61,727 nucleotides of DNA, from positions 1 through 61,727 of IMG/VR virus record IMGVR_UViG_3300034102_002694. One strand, written 5' to 3'. The notes beneath the pieces were generated by a model that saw only the letters and a program-made list of their open reading frames with translations, ran no database searches and was not told where the DNA came from. Below are positions 8,819-18,223 of this stretch, piece by piece. The DNA comes from a virus. Lineage: Duplodnaviria; Caudoviricetes. Made by a program: the position numbers and the translations under genes. The stretch's first letter is position 1, and every line of letters begins with the position of its first letter.

Positions 8819-9397
8819 ATGGCTACATTGACATCCAGTGGAATAAGATTTGCAAGTACTCCAGTAGTAGATGAATTAAATTCAAAGAGAGGAATTTTTC
8901 CTACTGGCACTGCTTGGGTTTTTTATCAAGGTTCTGCTCCTACTGGGTGGACTAAAGATACAAGTCTAACAATTAATGATAAAGCACTTAGAGTTGTAAG
9001 TGGAACTGGTGGTGTTTATGGGGGAACAAATGGTTTTTCTGTAATTATGAATGGATTTAATGTTGGTGGTGGATCACTAACAAGTTCAAATGCTACAGGA
9101 GGAACTCAATTATCACTTCCGCAAATTGCTTCTCACGACCATCCGAATAGTGGTACTGGGTTGAATGCAGTTCCAACATTAAACAATCCGGATGGAGCCT
9201 TTACTGGATGGAATGGTGGTGATGTAGCTAGAAGTTCTGGTTGGACTCGAACTTCTCCTGGGTTTGGGGATGCTGGAACTGCACCAGTTGGTGATAATCA
9301 CATACACCCTTTTAGTGGAACTGCACCAGTTCCCACTCAAAACGTATCTATGCAACCTACTTACATGGATGTTATCGTCTGTACTTTCGATGGATAA
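8819..9397 (+). CDS. Tail-collar/short-fibre-like virion protein, paralog 1
   Basis: FYQGSAPTGWTK...KALRVVSGTGG, SHDH/HIH metal-binding fibre motifs, Y.DVI.C C-term. Confidence 0.7.
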   Translation: MATLTSSGIRFASTPVVDELNSKRGIFPTGTAWVFYQGSAPTGWTKDTSLTINDKALRVVSGTGGVYGGTNGFSVIMNGFNVGGGSLTSSNATGGTQLSLPQIASHDHPNSGTGLNAVPTLNNPDGAFTGWNGGDVARSSGWTRTSPGFGDAGTAPVGDNHIHPFSGTAPVPTQNVSMQPTYMDVIVCTFDG

Positions 9398-9434
9398 ATA
9401 CTTTAAATAACATCTGTAGTTTACATCATATAAA

Positions 9435-9956
9435 ATGGCTAAATTAACAGCGTCGGGAATAGTTTTCAGTGATTCTACAATTTTAAATTCGAAATACGGA
9501 ATTGTTCCACAAAACTCAGTATCAATATTTTATCAAGCCTCTGCTCCTACTGGCTGGACTAAAGATACAACTCATAATGACAAAACACTCAGAGTAGTTA
9601 ATGGAACCGGAGGAGTTTCTGGAGGAACTCAACCATTTACTACTGTGTTTCCCAACTCTGTTAGAACATTTTCATCTCCAAATATTCCTGTGACAGGAAC
9701 TGTGGGTAACACTACACTGACAACTGCTCAGTTACCAAGTCACACACACCCTAATGGTGGTTCTGTTGGATTAACTCCAGGTGGAGGTGATGTTGCTTTT
9801 GGAGCTGGATGGACTAGAACTTCCCCACTTACTGGTAGTGGACCTGCTCTTGGGGGTGGATCTCATGCACATCCTTGGTCTGGTACAGCCCAATGGTTTC
9901 TAGATGTGGATCTTAGAATTCAATATATAGATGTTATTCTTTGTAGTTTTGCTTAA
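9435..9956 (+). CDS. Tail-collar/short-fibre-like virion protein, paralog 2
   Basis: FYQASAPTGWTK, TLTTAQLPSHTH, SHAH, YIDVILC; ATAAATA at 9394-9400 upstream. Confidence 0.7.
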   Translation: MAKLTASGIVFSDSTILNSKYGIVPQNSVSIFYQASAPTGWTKDTTHNDKTLRVVNGTGGVSGGTQPFTTVFPNSVRTFSSPNIPVTGTVGNTTLTTAQLPSHTHPNGGSVGLTPGGGDVAFGAGWTRTSPLTGSGPALGGGSHAHPWSGTAQWFLDVDLRIQYIDVILCSFA

Positions 9957-9991
9957 TTTGTGGTAGAATATGTAAAAATATTTTTGATTAT

Positions 9992-10336
9992 ATGAAAAAA
10001 AACGAATCTGGTAATTTTTGTCCTCTTATTAAAAAAGATTGTGTAGAACATAAGTGTTCATGGTATACACATGTAAGAGGTATGAATCCAAATACAGGAC
10101 AAGATGTAGATCATTGGTCGTGTGCTGTAACTTGGATGCCCATGTTAACAATTGAAAATTCTCAACAACAAAGGCAAACTGGTTCCGCTGTGGAGTCATT
10201 TAGAAATGAAGTCGTTAAATCCAATGATGAGAATAGACAACTATATATTGATATGATTCAACAAAATGGTATATTGCCAGTAAATATAACTTCTTTGACT
10301 AGTACACATACCTTACCCGAAAATTCAGGAGAATAA
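9992..10336 (+). CDS. Conserved phage Cys-rich protein next to the tail-collar genes
   Basis: CPLIKKDCVEHKCSWY...CAV.W.P.L.IENS...AVESFRNE. Confidence 0.65.
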   Translation: MKKNESGNFCPLIKKDCVEHKCSWYTHVRGMNPNTGQDVDHWSCAVTWMPMLTIENSQQQRQTGSAVESFRNEVVKSNDENRQLYIDMIQQNGILPVNITSLTSTHTLPENSGE

Positions 10337-10339
10337 ATC

Positions 10340-10852
10340 ATGAGATTAACGATCATTCCATCAGACGGTTCCGTTTATATGGATGGATCTGGGTACACCA
10401 ACATAGATCTAACTTGGATTCCTAAAATTGATGGAAAAAAAGTTCATGCAGTTCAATGGTTCGATGGTGAAGGTGAAATTGAGTTTGTTGGTCCTGATCA
10501 AAATTTAAAAATTAATGAATTGGGTGCATTTGAAAAAGCAGTTGATTTGTGGAATGAAAGAAAAGAAGAGGAAGATATTCTTCGTCAACAACAATTAGAA
10601 GATGAGGAAAGACGTAGAAAACAAGAAGAAGAACGTGTAAAATCTCAGTTTCTTTCCTTTGATGAGGATGAACTTGGATTGGATATTGATAATTTTGATG
10701 ATCTTGTTGATGGGATCCCAAAAGCATATATTCCTCCTACATCAACACATATGCCTCCTGTAGAGCCTTTAATGTCAACGGAGAAAGTTGAAGAAGATGA
10801 GGAAGATGAAGATCTATTCTACGATATTGAAGAACTTTTAAAAGAAATTTGA
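10340..10852 (+). CDS. Tail-fibre-assembly-like hypothetical protein
   Basis: MRLTIIPSDG...VHAVQW...GEIEF, acidic tail; position after the fibre genes. Confidence 0.5.
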   Translation: MRLTIIPSDGSVYMDGSGYTNIDLTWIPKIDGKKVHAVQWFDGEGEIEFVGPDQNLKINELGAFEKAVDLWNERKEEEDILRQQQLEDEERRRKQEEERVKSQFLSFDEDELGLDIDNFDDLVDGIPKAYIPPTSTHMPPVEPLMSTEKVEEDEEDEDLFYDIEELLKEI

Positions 10853-10866
10853 GTTTATATTGTTAA

Positions 10867-12036
10867 ATGAATAAAAAATTAATTGAAAACAATTATATTG
10901 TGTTGCCAAATTTTATTTCAAAAGATAGAGCTATTAATCTTTCTTTTGAATTTTTAAATCATTGCAAAGAAAACAATTTATTGGGAGACAGTCAAGCGCC
11001 AAATTCATACTCCCATTATAATTACATTTCATTTCTGGAGTTACTTTGTGAAAAAACTCCAGAAATTTCTTCTGCAATTGAAGAAACTGTTTTACCTACT
11101 TATACTTATGCCAGAGTATATAAAAACAAAAGTGAATTATTGCGTCATACCGACAGAGATGCTTGTGAAATATCTTTAACTTTACATTTGCACGGAGATT
11201 CTACTTGGCCCATATGGATTGAAACTCCATCTGGAGAACAACGTTCCGTTGATTTGAATCCAGGTGATGCTATGATCTACTTGGGAAAAACTGCTCCTCA
11301 TTGGAGAGATCTTTATGATGGTGAATATTATACCCAAGTATTTTTGCATTATGTGAGAAGTCGTGGAGATTGTTCTTATTCATATTTTGATAAAGTTAAT
11401 GAAACTACCAAACCAACTGTTGAAGAACCAGTTATTGAGAAAAAGATAGAAACAAAATCAACCTCACCCAAAAGTAAAAAATCTTTAGAAGATTATATTT
11501 TTACACTAGATAATATTGTTCCAAAAGAATTATGCGATAGAATTATAAAGGAATATCGTGAATGTAGTTTTTGGACTCCAACTAGCGTGGGGAATGGAAA
11601 TGTAGATGATCAAATTAGAAACTGCGATGTCATTAATATTTCTGAAGATACAGTACTTCAGAAAAATTTTGATGTAAGAAAGAAAATAGATGAAGATTTT
11701 TATATCTGCGCTTCAAGAGCAATAAATGAGTATAGGAAATTATTTCCCGAAGTTGCATCAGATATTGATACTGGATATGGATTACTAAGATATAAAAAGG
11801 ATCAGTTTTATATTCAACACACCGATTCATTTCAACAACAACAGAGATCAGTAAGTTGTTCTTTTCTTTTGAATGATGATTATGAAGGTGGGGAGTTTGC
11901 ATTTTTTGATAGAGAAATTGTCATAAGTGGATCAAGGGGATCTATTGTAATGTTTCCTTCTAATTTTATGTTCCCTCATGAAATTATGCCTGTAACATCT
12001 GGAACTAGATATTCAATCATTACCTGGTATGTCTAA
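10867..12036 (+). CDS. Tandem two-domain 2OG-Fe(II) oxygenase (prolyl-4-hydroxylase-like)
   Basis: Domain 1 HTDR..CEIS.T...HWR; domain 2 HTD...LND.YEGGEF...FPSN..FPH...V..G.RYSI..W. Confidence 0.9.
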   Translation: MNKKLIENNYIVLPNFISKDRAINLSFEFLNHCKENNLLGDSQAPNSYSHYNYISFLELLCEKTPEISSAIEETVLPTYTYARVYKNKSELLRHTDRDACEISLTLHLHGDSTWPIWIETPSGEQRSVDLNPGDAMIYLGKTAPHWRDLYDGEYYTQVFLHYVRSRGDCSYSYFDKVNETTKPTVEEPVIEKKIETKSTSPKSKKSLEDYIFTLDNIVPKELCDRIIKEYRECSFWTPTSVGNGNVDDQIRNCDVINISEDTVLQKNFDVRKKIDEDFYICASRAINEYRKLFPEVASDIDTGYGLLRYKKDQFYIQHTDSFQQQQRSVSCSFLLNDDYEGGEFAFFDREIVISGSRGSIVMFPSNFMFPHEIMPVTSGTRYSIITWYV

Positions 12037-12826
12037 TAAACTTGAAGGAATTCCGAGTATTTACTATCTAAATTTAGACTCCGAATTAGATAGAAGAAAA
12101 TATATGGAAAGACAATTCGAAAAGTGGAATCTCACTAATATAAGAAGGTTTTCTGGATCACAATACTTGGCAGAAAATTATGAAGATTGGAAAAGTATTT
12201 TACATTTTCCTCATAAAATTACGGGAAAAAATCACCAATTAACGGCTTCCATTACACTTTCTACTCTTGAAATGATTCGACATTGGTTAGAAACTACCAA
12301 TGAAAAACATTTAATTTTAATGGAGGATGATTATGATTTAGACTTAATTGAACACTGGCACTTCGATTGGGAATATTTAATGAACAATATCCCATATGAT
12401 TGGGACTGCATTCAGTTGGGATATGAGTCATCTCTTTTCGTTAGATTTTTTCTTCATCCTAAAGATGAAACAAGTGCATATGGACCAATTCTAATTAATA
12501 GACACTTTGCTCAAAAGTTAATTAATTTACATTATGTAAAAGAAAAGTACATGTTAATTAGAAAATACGGAGGTTATCCATACAATACTGGTTACCGAGT
12601 TGTTTCATTAGATAGTTTCATTTGTTTTTTGGGGAAGACATATCAACTTCCTTTAATAACTCAAAATCCACATTTAGATAAAGTACCAAAGAAACATCAT
12701 TTTCTTTGCAGAGATATGTATTATGATTGGTGGCAGAACAAAAGAGATAATTTTTCTTTGGAAGATTTTTTTTCTTATGGAAAGAATAATGATTATGAAA
12801 TGACTATAAAAGTAAATTCTCAATGA
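12029..12826 (+). CDS. GT25-like glycosyltransferase, paralog 1
   Basis: YYLNLD...DRR..M..QF, LILMEDD, WDCIQL, LINR..AQKL. Confidence 0.8.
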   Translation: MSNKLEGIPSIYYLNLDSELDRRKYMERQFEKWNLTNIRRFSGSQYLAENYEDWKSILHFPHKITGKNHQLTASITLSTLEMIRHWLETTNEKHLILMEDDYDLDLIEHWHFDWEYLMNNIPYDWDCIQLGYESSLFVRFFLHPKDETSAYGPILINRHFAQKLINLHYVKEKYMLIRKYGGYPYNTGYRVVSLDSFICFLGKTYQLPLITQNPHLDKVPKKHHFLCRDMYYDWWQNKRDNFSLEDFFSYGKNNDYEMTIKVNSQ

Positions 12827-13647
12827 TAATTAATTCTAAATTAGAAACTCTTCCCCCAATATACTACTTTAATTTAGATCAAAGAACAGATCGTAGAGAA
12901 TACTTAGAAAAACAGTTCTCTGAGTATGGAATAACAAATTACTATAGAATTAATTCTTCTAGATATTCAGTAGATAATTATAAAGAATGGAAATCTAAAG
13001 TAGTAATTGATAAACTTAGAACACAAGTTTGGTTTCTTGCTACTTTAATTGACAGAATGCATGGCATAATTGACTGGTATAATTCCAATGTCTCCGAAAC
13101 TTGTTTAGTAATTGAGGATGATTTTTCTCTAGAACCAGTTGAATATTGGAATTTTGATTGGAAAACTTTTGTTAGTAATTTGCCTTGTAATTGGGAATGT
13201 ATTCAACTTCATATCATTGGAGAAAAATTTGTTAGGATGAACCTGTCCAATTGGACTAGAAATAATCATTCTACTGGTTGCATACTTATTAATAGATCAT
13301 ATGCACAAAAACTAATTAAACTTCATTACATAGATAATCAATTTAAATTATATTCTAATTATGGATATAACAAAAATTGGCCAGAATATCATTATCAATC
13401 TGTAGATTTTGTTTTATATCAGATAGGAGTAACATACTCCATTCCAATCTTTACTACTAACTATAATTTCATAAGTGATGGATTCAGGAATGGAAATATA
13501 AATCATATGTCTAAAAATTGTGATATTCTGGTTTTGGATTGGTGGAAAAATAGATCTCCAAATTATACTTTAGATGATATTTTTTATCTAAATTCACTTA
13601 GAAGAAAAGAATTAACTATAGAAGTAAATCATGAATTTGAAAGATAA
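12823..13647 (+). CDS. GT25-like glycosyltransferase, paralog 2
   Basis: YYFNLDQRTDRR, LVIEDD, WECIQL, LINRSYAQKL. Confidence 0.8.
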   Translation: MIINSKLETLPPIYYFNLDQRTDRREYLEKQFSEYGITNYYRINSSRYSVDNYKEWKSKVVIDKLRTQVWFLATLIDRMHGIIDWYNSNVSETCLVIEDDFSLEPVEYWNFDWKTFVSNLPCNWECIQLHIIGEKFVRMNLSNWTRNNHSTGCILINRSYAQKLIKLHYIDNQFKLYSNYGYNKNWPEYHYQSVDFVLYQIGVTYSIPIFTTNYNFISDGFRNGNINHMSKNCDILVLDWWKNRSPNYTLDDIFYLNSLRRKELTIEVNHEFER

Positions 13648-14497
13648 ATTACGAGGTTTTCCTCCTATTATTTTAGCAACAATTGACGAGAGAAAAGATA
13701 GACATGAATATACTGAAGCTCAGTATGATTATTGGGGCATAAAAAACTATACAAAAGTTTCCGGATCTAAGTACCAACTTGCAACATATGAAGAGTGGAA
13801 AGATCTAGTTATTTTAAATCCATTTGATGAGGATTATCGAAGAAAAAATCATCACATTGCAGAAATTTCCATAACTCTTGCTCATCTAATTAATATCAAA
13901 GATTGGTTAGAAAAAACTAATGATCCGTATGTCGTCATAATGGAGGATGACTATGACCTTAGTTTTATCGAACACTGGCACTTCGATTGGGAATATTTGA
14001 TGAACAATATCCCATATGATTGGGATTGTATTCAGATGAGTTTTGAGAATGAAGAGTGTGTTCCTTGTTTTCTACATCCAATTTTACCCAAACATGATAG
14101 TGGGGGTTCTTTAATTAATAGAAGATATGCGGAAAAAATTATAAATCTTCATTATAAAGACGGTAAATTCGATCTATCGCAAAAAATTTCTAATTATAAG
14201 TGGTCAAGTAAAGGAATTGCTACTTATGAGGGATTGGGGATGCCAAACTTCACTACAGATTATTTTCTTGGACATAACGGAAAGACCTATTGTTTACCTT
14301 TGTTTTCTGTAAATCAAGATCTCGGTAGTTGGGCTCAAGACATTTGTAGAAAAGAAGAAAGAACTGATTTGGAATTTTCTTACAAAGCTTGCCAAAAATG
14401 GTGGACAGAACTTAGAGATGAGTATACTTTAAAAGAATTCTTTACTTATGGTAAGCTAAATGATAGAATAATTACACCAGAAGAATTAGATAAATGA
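13631..14497 (+). CDS. GT25-like glycosyltransferase, paralog 3
   Basis: DERKDR, VIMEDD, WDCIQM, LINRRYAEK. Confidence 0.8.
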   Translation: MNLKDKLRGFPPIILATIDERKDRHEYTEAQYDYWGIKNYTKVSGSKYQLATYEEWKDLVILNPFDEDYRRKNHHIAEISITLAHLINIKDWLEKTNDPYVVIMEDDYDLSFIEHWHFDWEYLMNNIPYDWDCIQMSFENEECVPCFLHPILPKHDSGGSLINRRYAEKIINLHYKDGKFDLSQKISNYKWSSKGIATYEGLGMPNFTTDYFLGHNGKTYCLPLFSVNQDLGSWAQDICRKEERTDLEFSYKACQKWWTELRDEYTLKEFFTYGKLNDRIITPEELDK

Positions 14498-15330
14498 ATT
14501 TAGGTAATAAACTAAAAGGTCTCCCACCTATTAGGTTACTAACTCTTGATGAACGACCGGATAGACAGAGATACGCTGAGATTCAATATGATTATTGGGA
14601 GATAAAAGATTATACTAAAGTATCCGGATCGAAATATCAATCTTCAACATACGAAGATTGGAAACATTTAGTTATTTTAAATTCACTTGATGATTACGAA
14701 AGAAAAAATAACCACCTTACGGACGTTAGTATTGCTCTTTCATATTTACTGACAATAAAGGATTGGTTAGAAACAACCAATGAAAAACATTTAATTTTAA
14801 TGGAGGATGATTACGATCTATTTTTCATTGAATATTGGCATTTTGATTGGGAATATTTGATGAATAATATTCCGTATGATTGGGACTGTATTCAAATGAG
14901 TTTCGAAAATCCGAATGCAATTCCTTGTTTTTTGCATCCTATCTTGTCTGGTCATTGTGTTGGGGCTTCTTTAATCAATAGAAGATATGCAGAAAAATTA
15001 ATGTCCATGCACTATAAAGATGGGAAATTTGATTTATCTCAAAAAATTGGTAATGATCAGTGGTCAATGACTCCCAATTTTACTGTAGATTATTTTCTTG
15101 GTCATAATGGAAAAACTTATTGTTTGCCTTTAATCTCTGTAAATCAAAACTTTGGTAGTTATGCTCAAAATATTTGCAGAAAAGAAGAAAGAACTGATCT
15201 AGAATTTTCTTACAAAGCCTGTAAAAAATGGTGGACAGAACTCAGAGATGAGTATAGTCTAGAAGATTTCTTTACCTATGGTAAACCAAATGATAGAATA
15301 ATTACACCAGAGGAATTTGAAAATGTTTGA
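14494..15330 (+). CDS. GT25-like glycosyltransferase, paralog 4
   Basis: LDERPDR, LILMEDD, WDCIQM, LINRRYAEKL. Confidence 0.8.
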   Translation: MNLGNKLKGLPPIRLLTLDERPDRQRYAEIQYDYWEIKDYTKVSGSKYQSSTYEDWKHLVILNSLDDYERKNNHLTDVSIALSYLLTIKDWLETTNEKHLILMEDDYDLFFIEYWHFDWEYLMNNIPYDWDCIQMSFENPNAIPCFLHPILSGHCVGASLINRRYAEKLMSMHYKDGKFDLSQKIGNDQWSMTPNFTVDYFLGHNGKTYCLPLISVNQNFGSYAQNICRKEERTDLEFSYKACKKWWTELRDEYSLEDFFTYGKPNDRIITPEEFENV

Positions 15331-15910
15331 GTACGTTACTGAATTTGAGAATCAAATTGCAGAGTTTTTTGGAGCTCCTTATGCGGTAGCTACTGATTCG
15401 TGTACTCATGCTCTAGAACTTTGTTTGAGGCACACTCAAGAGGATTACATTACAATTCCCACAAGGACTTATGTTTCAGTTCCGATGACTTGCATGAAAC
15501 TTAGGTTAGACTGGAGCTGGAGAGAAGAAGAGTGGAGTGATTATTATTACCTAGGATTCACAAATATCATTGATGCCGCTGTTCTGTGGGGAGAGAATAC
15601 ATATATTCCTGGCACATTCATGTGTTTAAGTTTTCAGTTTAAGAAACACTTAAATCTTGGAAGGGGTGGTGCAATCTTGTTGCAAAATAAAGAGGATTAT
15701 GATACACTTAAAAAAATGTCTTATGATGGTCGTGATCTCAGTCGTCCATGGGCTGAACAAGATATAGATACCGTAGGGTATCATTACTACATGACTCCCG
15801 AGGTGGCCAAAATTGGTATTGATTTACTAAATGAGCGGAAAAAAACTCCCGGTAAAAAATGGAGCCATAAGGATTACCCTGATTTAACACAAATGTCGGT
15901 ATTTAAATGA
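15317..15910 (+). CDS. Short DegT/DnrJ/EryC1/StrS-family PLP aminotransferase
   Basis: FE..IAEF.GAPYAVATDSCTHALEL, IIDAA, SFQFKKHL..GRGGAI, GYHYYM; only 197 aa. Confidence 0.85.
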   Translation: MKMFEYVTEFENQIAEFFGAPYAVATDSCTHALELCLRHTQEDYITIPTRTYVSVPMTCMKLRLDWSWREEEWSDYYYLGFTNIIDAAVLWGENTYIPGTFMCLSFQFKKHLNLGRGGAILLQNKEDYDTLKKMSYDGRDLSRPWAEQDIDTVGYHYYMTPEVAKIGIDLLNERKKTPGKKWSHKDYPDLTQMSVFK

Positions 15911-16407
15911 TTAGTCATATAGAACCTAACTGGGACATTGAAGATTTTTATAATCTTGATTATATTTTATCTACCCATAAAGATGAAGATTTAGTGAATC
16001 AATATTTAAACTCTGGTCATAGTAGAGAAAAACTATCTATGTATAAGTACCAGTTGCCAAATCCTATGCCTGGGTGTGTTTATGACTATATCATCCCACA
16101 GTTTACTTTTTTGGATAAAGTAGCTGCTGCCGTTAATTACTTCAAACCTGGACAATACCTTCCTCTTCATACGGATTTGTATGGTAAGTATATCGAAATA
16201 AATGATATTACATCTGAAAATGTAATACGATGTATGGTTATGTTGGAAGATAATTCACCAGGACAAATCTTACAGATTAACGATGTCGCACATTGTACAT
16301 GGAAATCCGGAGATTGTTTTTACTGGAATTATGATGAGATACATGCATTTTATAATTTCAGTATGAAAGATCGATATGCAATTCAAATTACTGGGATTTT
16401 AAAATGA
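15907..16407 (+). CDS. 2OG-Fe(II) oxygenase/cupin-fold protein
   Basis: PGQYLPLHTD ... W..G...W....H...N......R..IQITG. Confidence 0.7.
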   Translation: MISHIEPNWDIEDFYNLDYILSTHKDEDLVNQYLNSGHSREKLSMYKYQLPNPMPGCVYDYIIPQFTFLDKVAAAVNYFKPGQYLPLHTDLYGKYIEINDITSENVIRCMVMLEDNSPGQILQINDVAHCTWKSGDCFYWNYDEIHAFYNFSMKDRYAIQITGILK

Positions 16408-17366
16408 AAAGTCAAAATGAATGGGGTAAATTAAAAAAAGTAATAGTCGGAGTTGCGGACTATGCAAGAGTTCCAGAAATAGATTTAAGTGTCCGTACAA
16501 TTAACTATGCGGATAGGGAAGACGTTTCGGATGTTCCTGTTGGACTTTATCCTCAACAAGTTATAGACGAAGCAAATGAAGATCTAGAAACTTTTGTTAA
16601 GTTTTTACTAGGGGAAGGTGTAGAAGTTGTAAGACCGAAAAGAACTCCTACAGATTACTACAATTTTTGTCCAAGAGATGTAGTCTTCACCCATAAAGAT
16701 TTGACTATTGTTACTCCGATGCCATTGGAGTGCAGAAAAGATGCATGGAAGCCTTTAATTGATCGTCTAGGCACTACTATTGTTGTTCCATGTAAATATC
16801 AAGAAGACCTCTACAATGAAGATTGTGTTGGGGATAAAGATACTCTTGCACTTACAGAAGTTACTCCTGCATTTGATGCAGCAAACGTCATTCGTGCAAA
16901 TGATGATATTTTGTATCTTGTATCTAATAGTGGAAATGTTGCAGGAGCTAATTTGCTCCAAGAAATGCTTAAAGATCGTGCAAAAGTGCATCTTCTTCAG
17001 GGTGTTTATAGTTATATGCACATAGATACTACGATTGCATTTCTTCGTGAAGGATTGATGTTATTAAATCCAGAAAGAATTAAATCTGTAGATGTTCTTC
17101 CAGAACCTTTTAGAAATTGGGATGTAGTTTGGTGCCCAGAACCAGTAGATATTGGTTATTATCCAGGTTATAACCATTCTTCAGAATGGGTTAATATGAA
17201 TCTTTTTAGTGTAAATCCAAATCTAGTTGCTTTGGAAGAACATCAAGAACCAACTAGAAAAGAACTAGAAAAACATGGTATAGAGTGTGCAATGCTTCCT
17301 ATGAGACACGGAAGAACATTAAGTGGTATTTTTCATTGCGTTACATTGGATCTTGAAAGGGAATAG
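16404..17366 (+). CDS. Amidinotransferase (glycine/inosamine-phosphate amidinotransferase family)
   Basis: NEWGKLKKVIVG, CPRD, FDAAN, HID, GIFHCVTLDLER; catalytic Asp/His/Cys present. Confidence 0.92.
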   Translation: MKSQNEWGKLKKVIVGVADYARVPEIDLSVRTINYADREDVSDVPVGLYPQQVIDEANEDLETFVKFLLGEGVEVVRPKRTPTDYYNFCPRDVVFTHKDLTIVTPMPLECRKDAWKPLIDRLGTTIVVPCKYQEDLYNEDCVGDKDTLALTEVTPAFDAANVIRANDDILYLVSNSGNVAGANLLQEMLKDRAKVHLLQGVYSYMHIDTTIAFLREGLMLLNPERIKSVDVLPEPFRNWDVVWCPEPVDIGYYPGYNHSSEWVNMNLFSVNPNLVALEEHQEPTRKELEKHGIECAMLPMRHGRTLSGIFHCVTLDLERE

Positions 17367-18223
17367 TGGACTTAGAGAATAAACTCAAAGACCTTCCTAT
17401 GATCTATTATATAAATTTAGATCATAGAACGGATAGAAAAAAATGGATGGAATCCCAATTTAATCATTGGGGCATAAAAAACTATCGTAGAGTTCGTGCA
17501 TCTAAGTATCATGTTTCAAAATATGATGAGTGGAAAAATGTAGTTGTAGAGAAAGAAATTCTAGAATGTCTATCTCTAATGTCAGTTGCATTAAACAATA
17601 TAGAAACAATTATCAATTGGTATGATGAATATGTTTCCGAAACTTGTATCATCATGGAGGATGATTTATCATTAGCTAATATAAAGTATTGGAATTTTGA
17701 CTGGACTTATTTTCAAAATAATCTTCCGGAAAATTGGGAAATTATTCAACTTTATTACTGTACTACCTATCAACAAGATGGGTTATCAGTTCCTATGTTT
17801 TTACACAAAAGATATGACGCTGGTTCTGCAGCTGCATATTTAATAAATCGATCATACGCAAAAAAAGTTAAAGATTTATTATATCGTGATGGTAAGTATA
17901 GGTTGACTTTTTCAGATAATTCATATCATAGAAAGTATAGTAAAGAACATATCATACAAGATGATGTTTTGTTTGATATGGGGATCACTTATTCGGTTCC
18001 TCTTTTCAATCTCAATATCAATTTAGGTGGCGATAATCAACAAAATAATCATAAAATGTTTCCCATAGATATACTTTGTAGTAAACTAATACAAGATTGG
18101 TGGAAAAATTATCACCATAACTTCACCTTAGAAGATTTTTTTACTTATGGTAAACCACATGATCATAAAATGACCATGAAAGTAAAAATGGAAGATTTGC
18201 AAAAATTTTTAGAAAAATGTTAA
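17366..18223 (+). CDS. GT25-like glycosyltransferase, paralog 5
   Basis: YYINLDHRTDR, IIMEDD, WEIIQL, AYLINRSYAKK. Confidence 0.8.
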   Translation: MDLENKLKDLPMIYYINLDHRTDRKKWMESQFNHWGIKNYRRVRASKYHVSKYDEWKNVVVEKEILECLSLMSVALNNIETIINWYDEYVSETCIIMEDDLSLANIKYWNFDWTYFQNNLPENWEIIQLYYCTTYQQDGLSVPMFLHKRYDAGSAAAYLINRSYAKKVKDLLYRDGKYRLTFSDNSYHRKYSKEHIIQDDVLFDMGITYSVPLFNLNINLGGDNQQNNHKMFPIDILCSKLIQDWWKNYHHNFTLEDFFTYGKPHDHKMTMKVKMEDLQKFLEKC

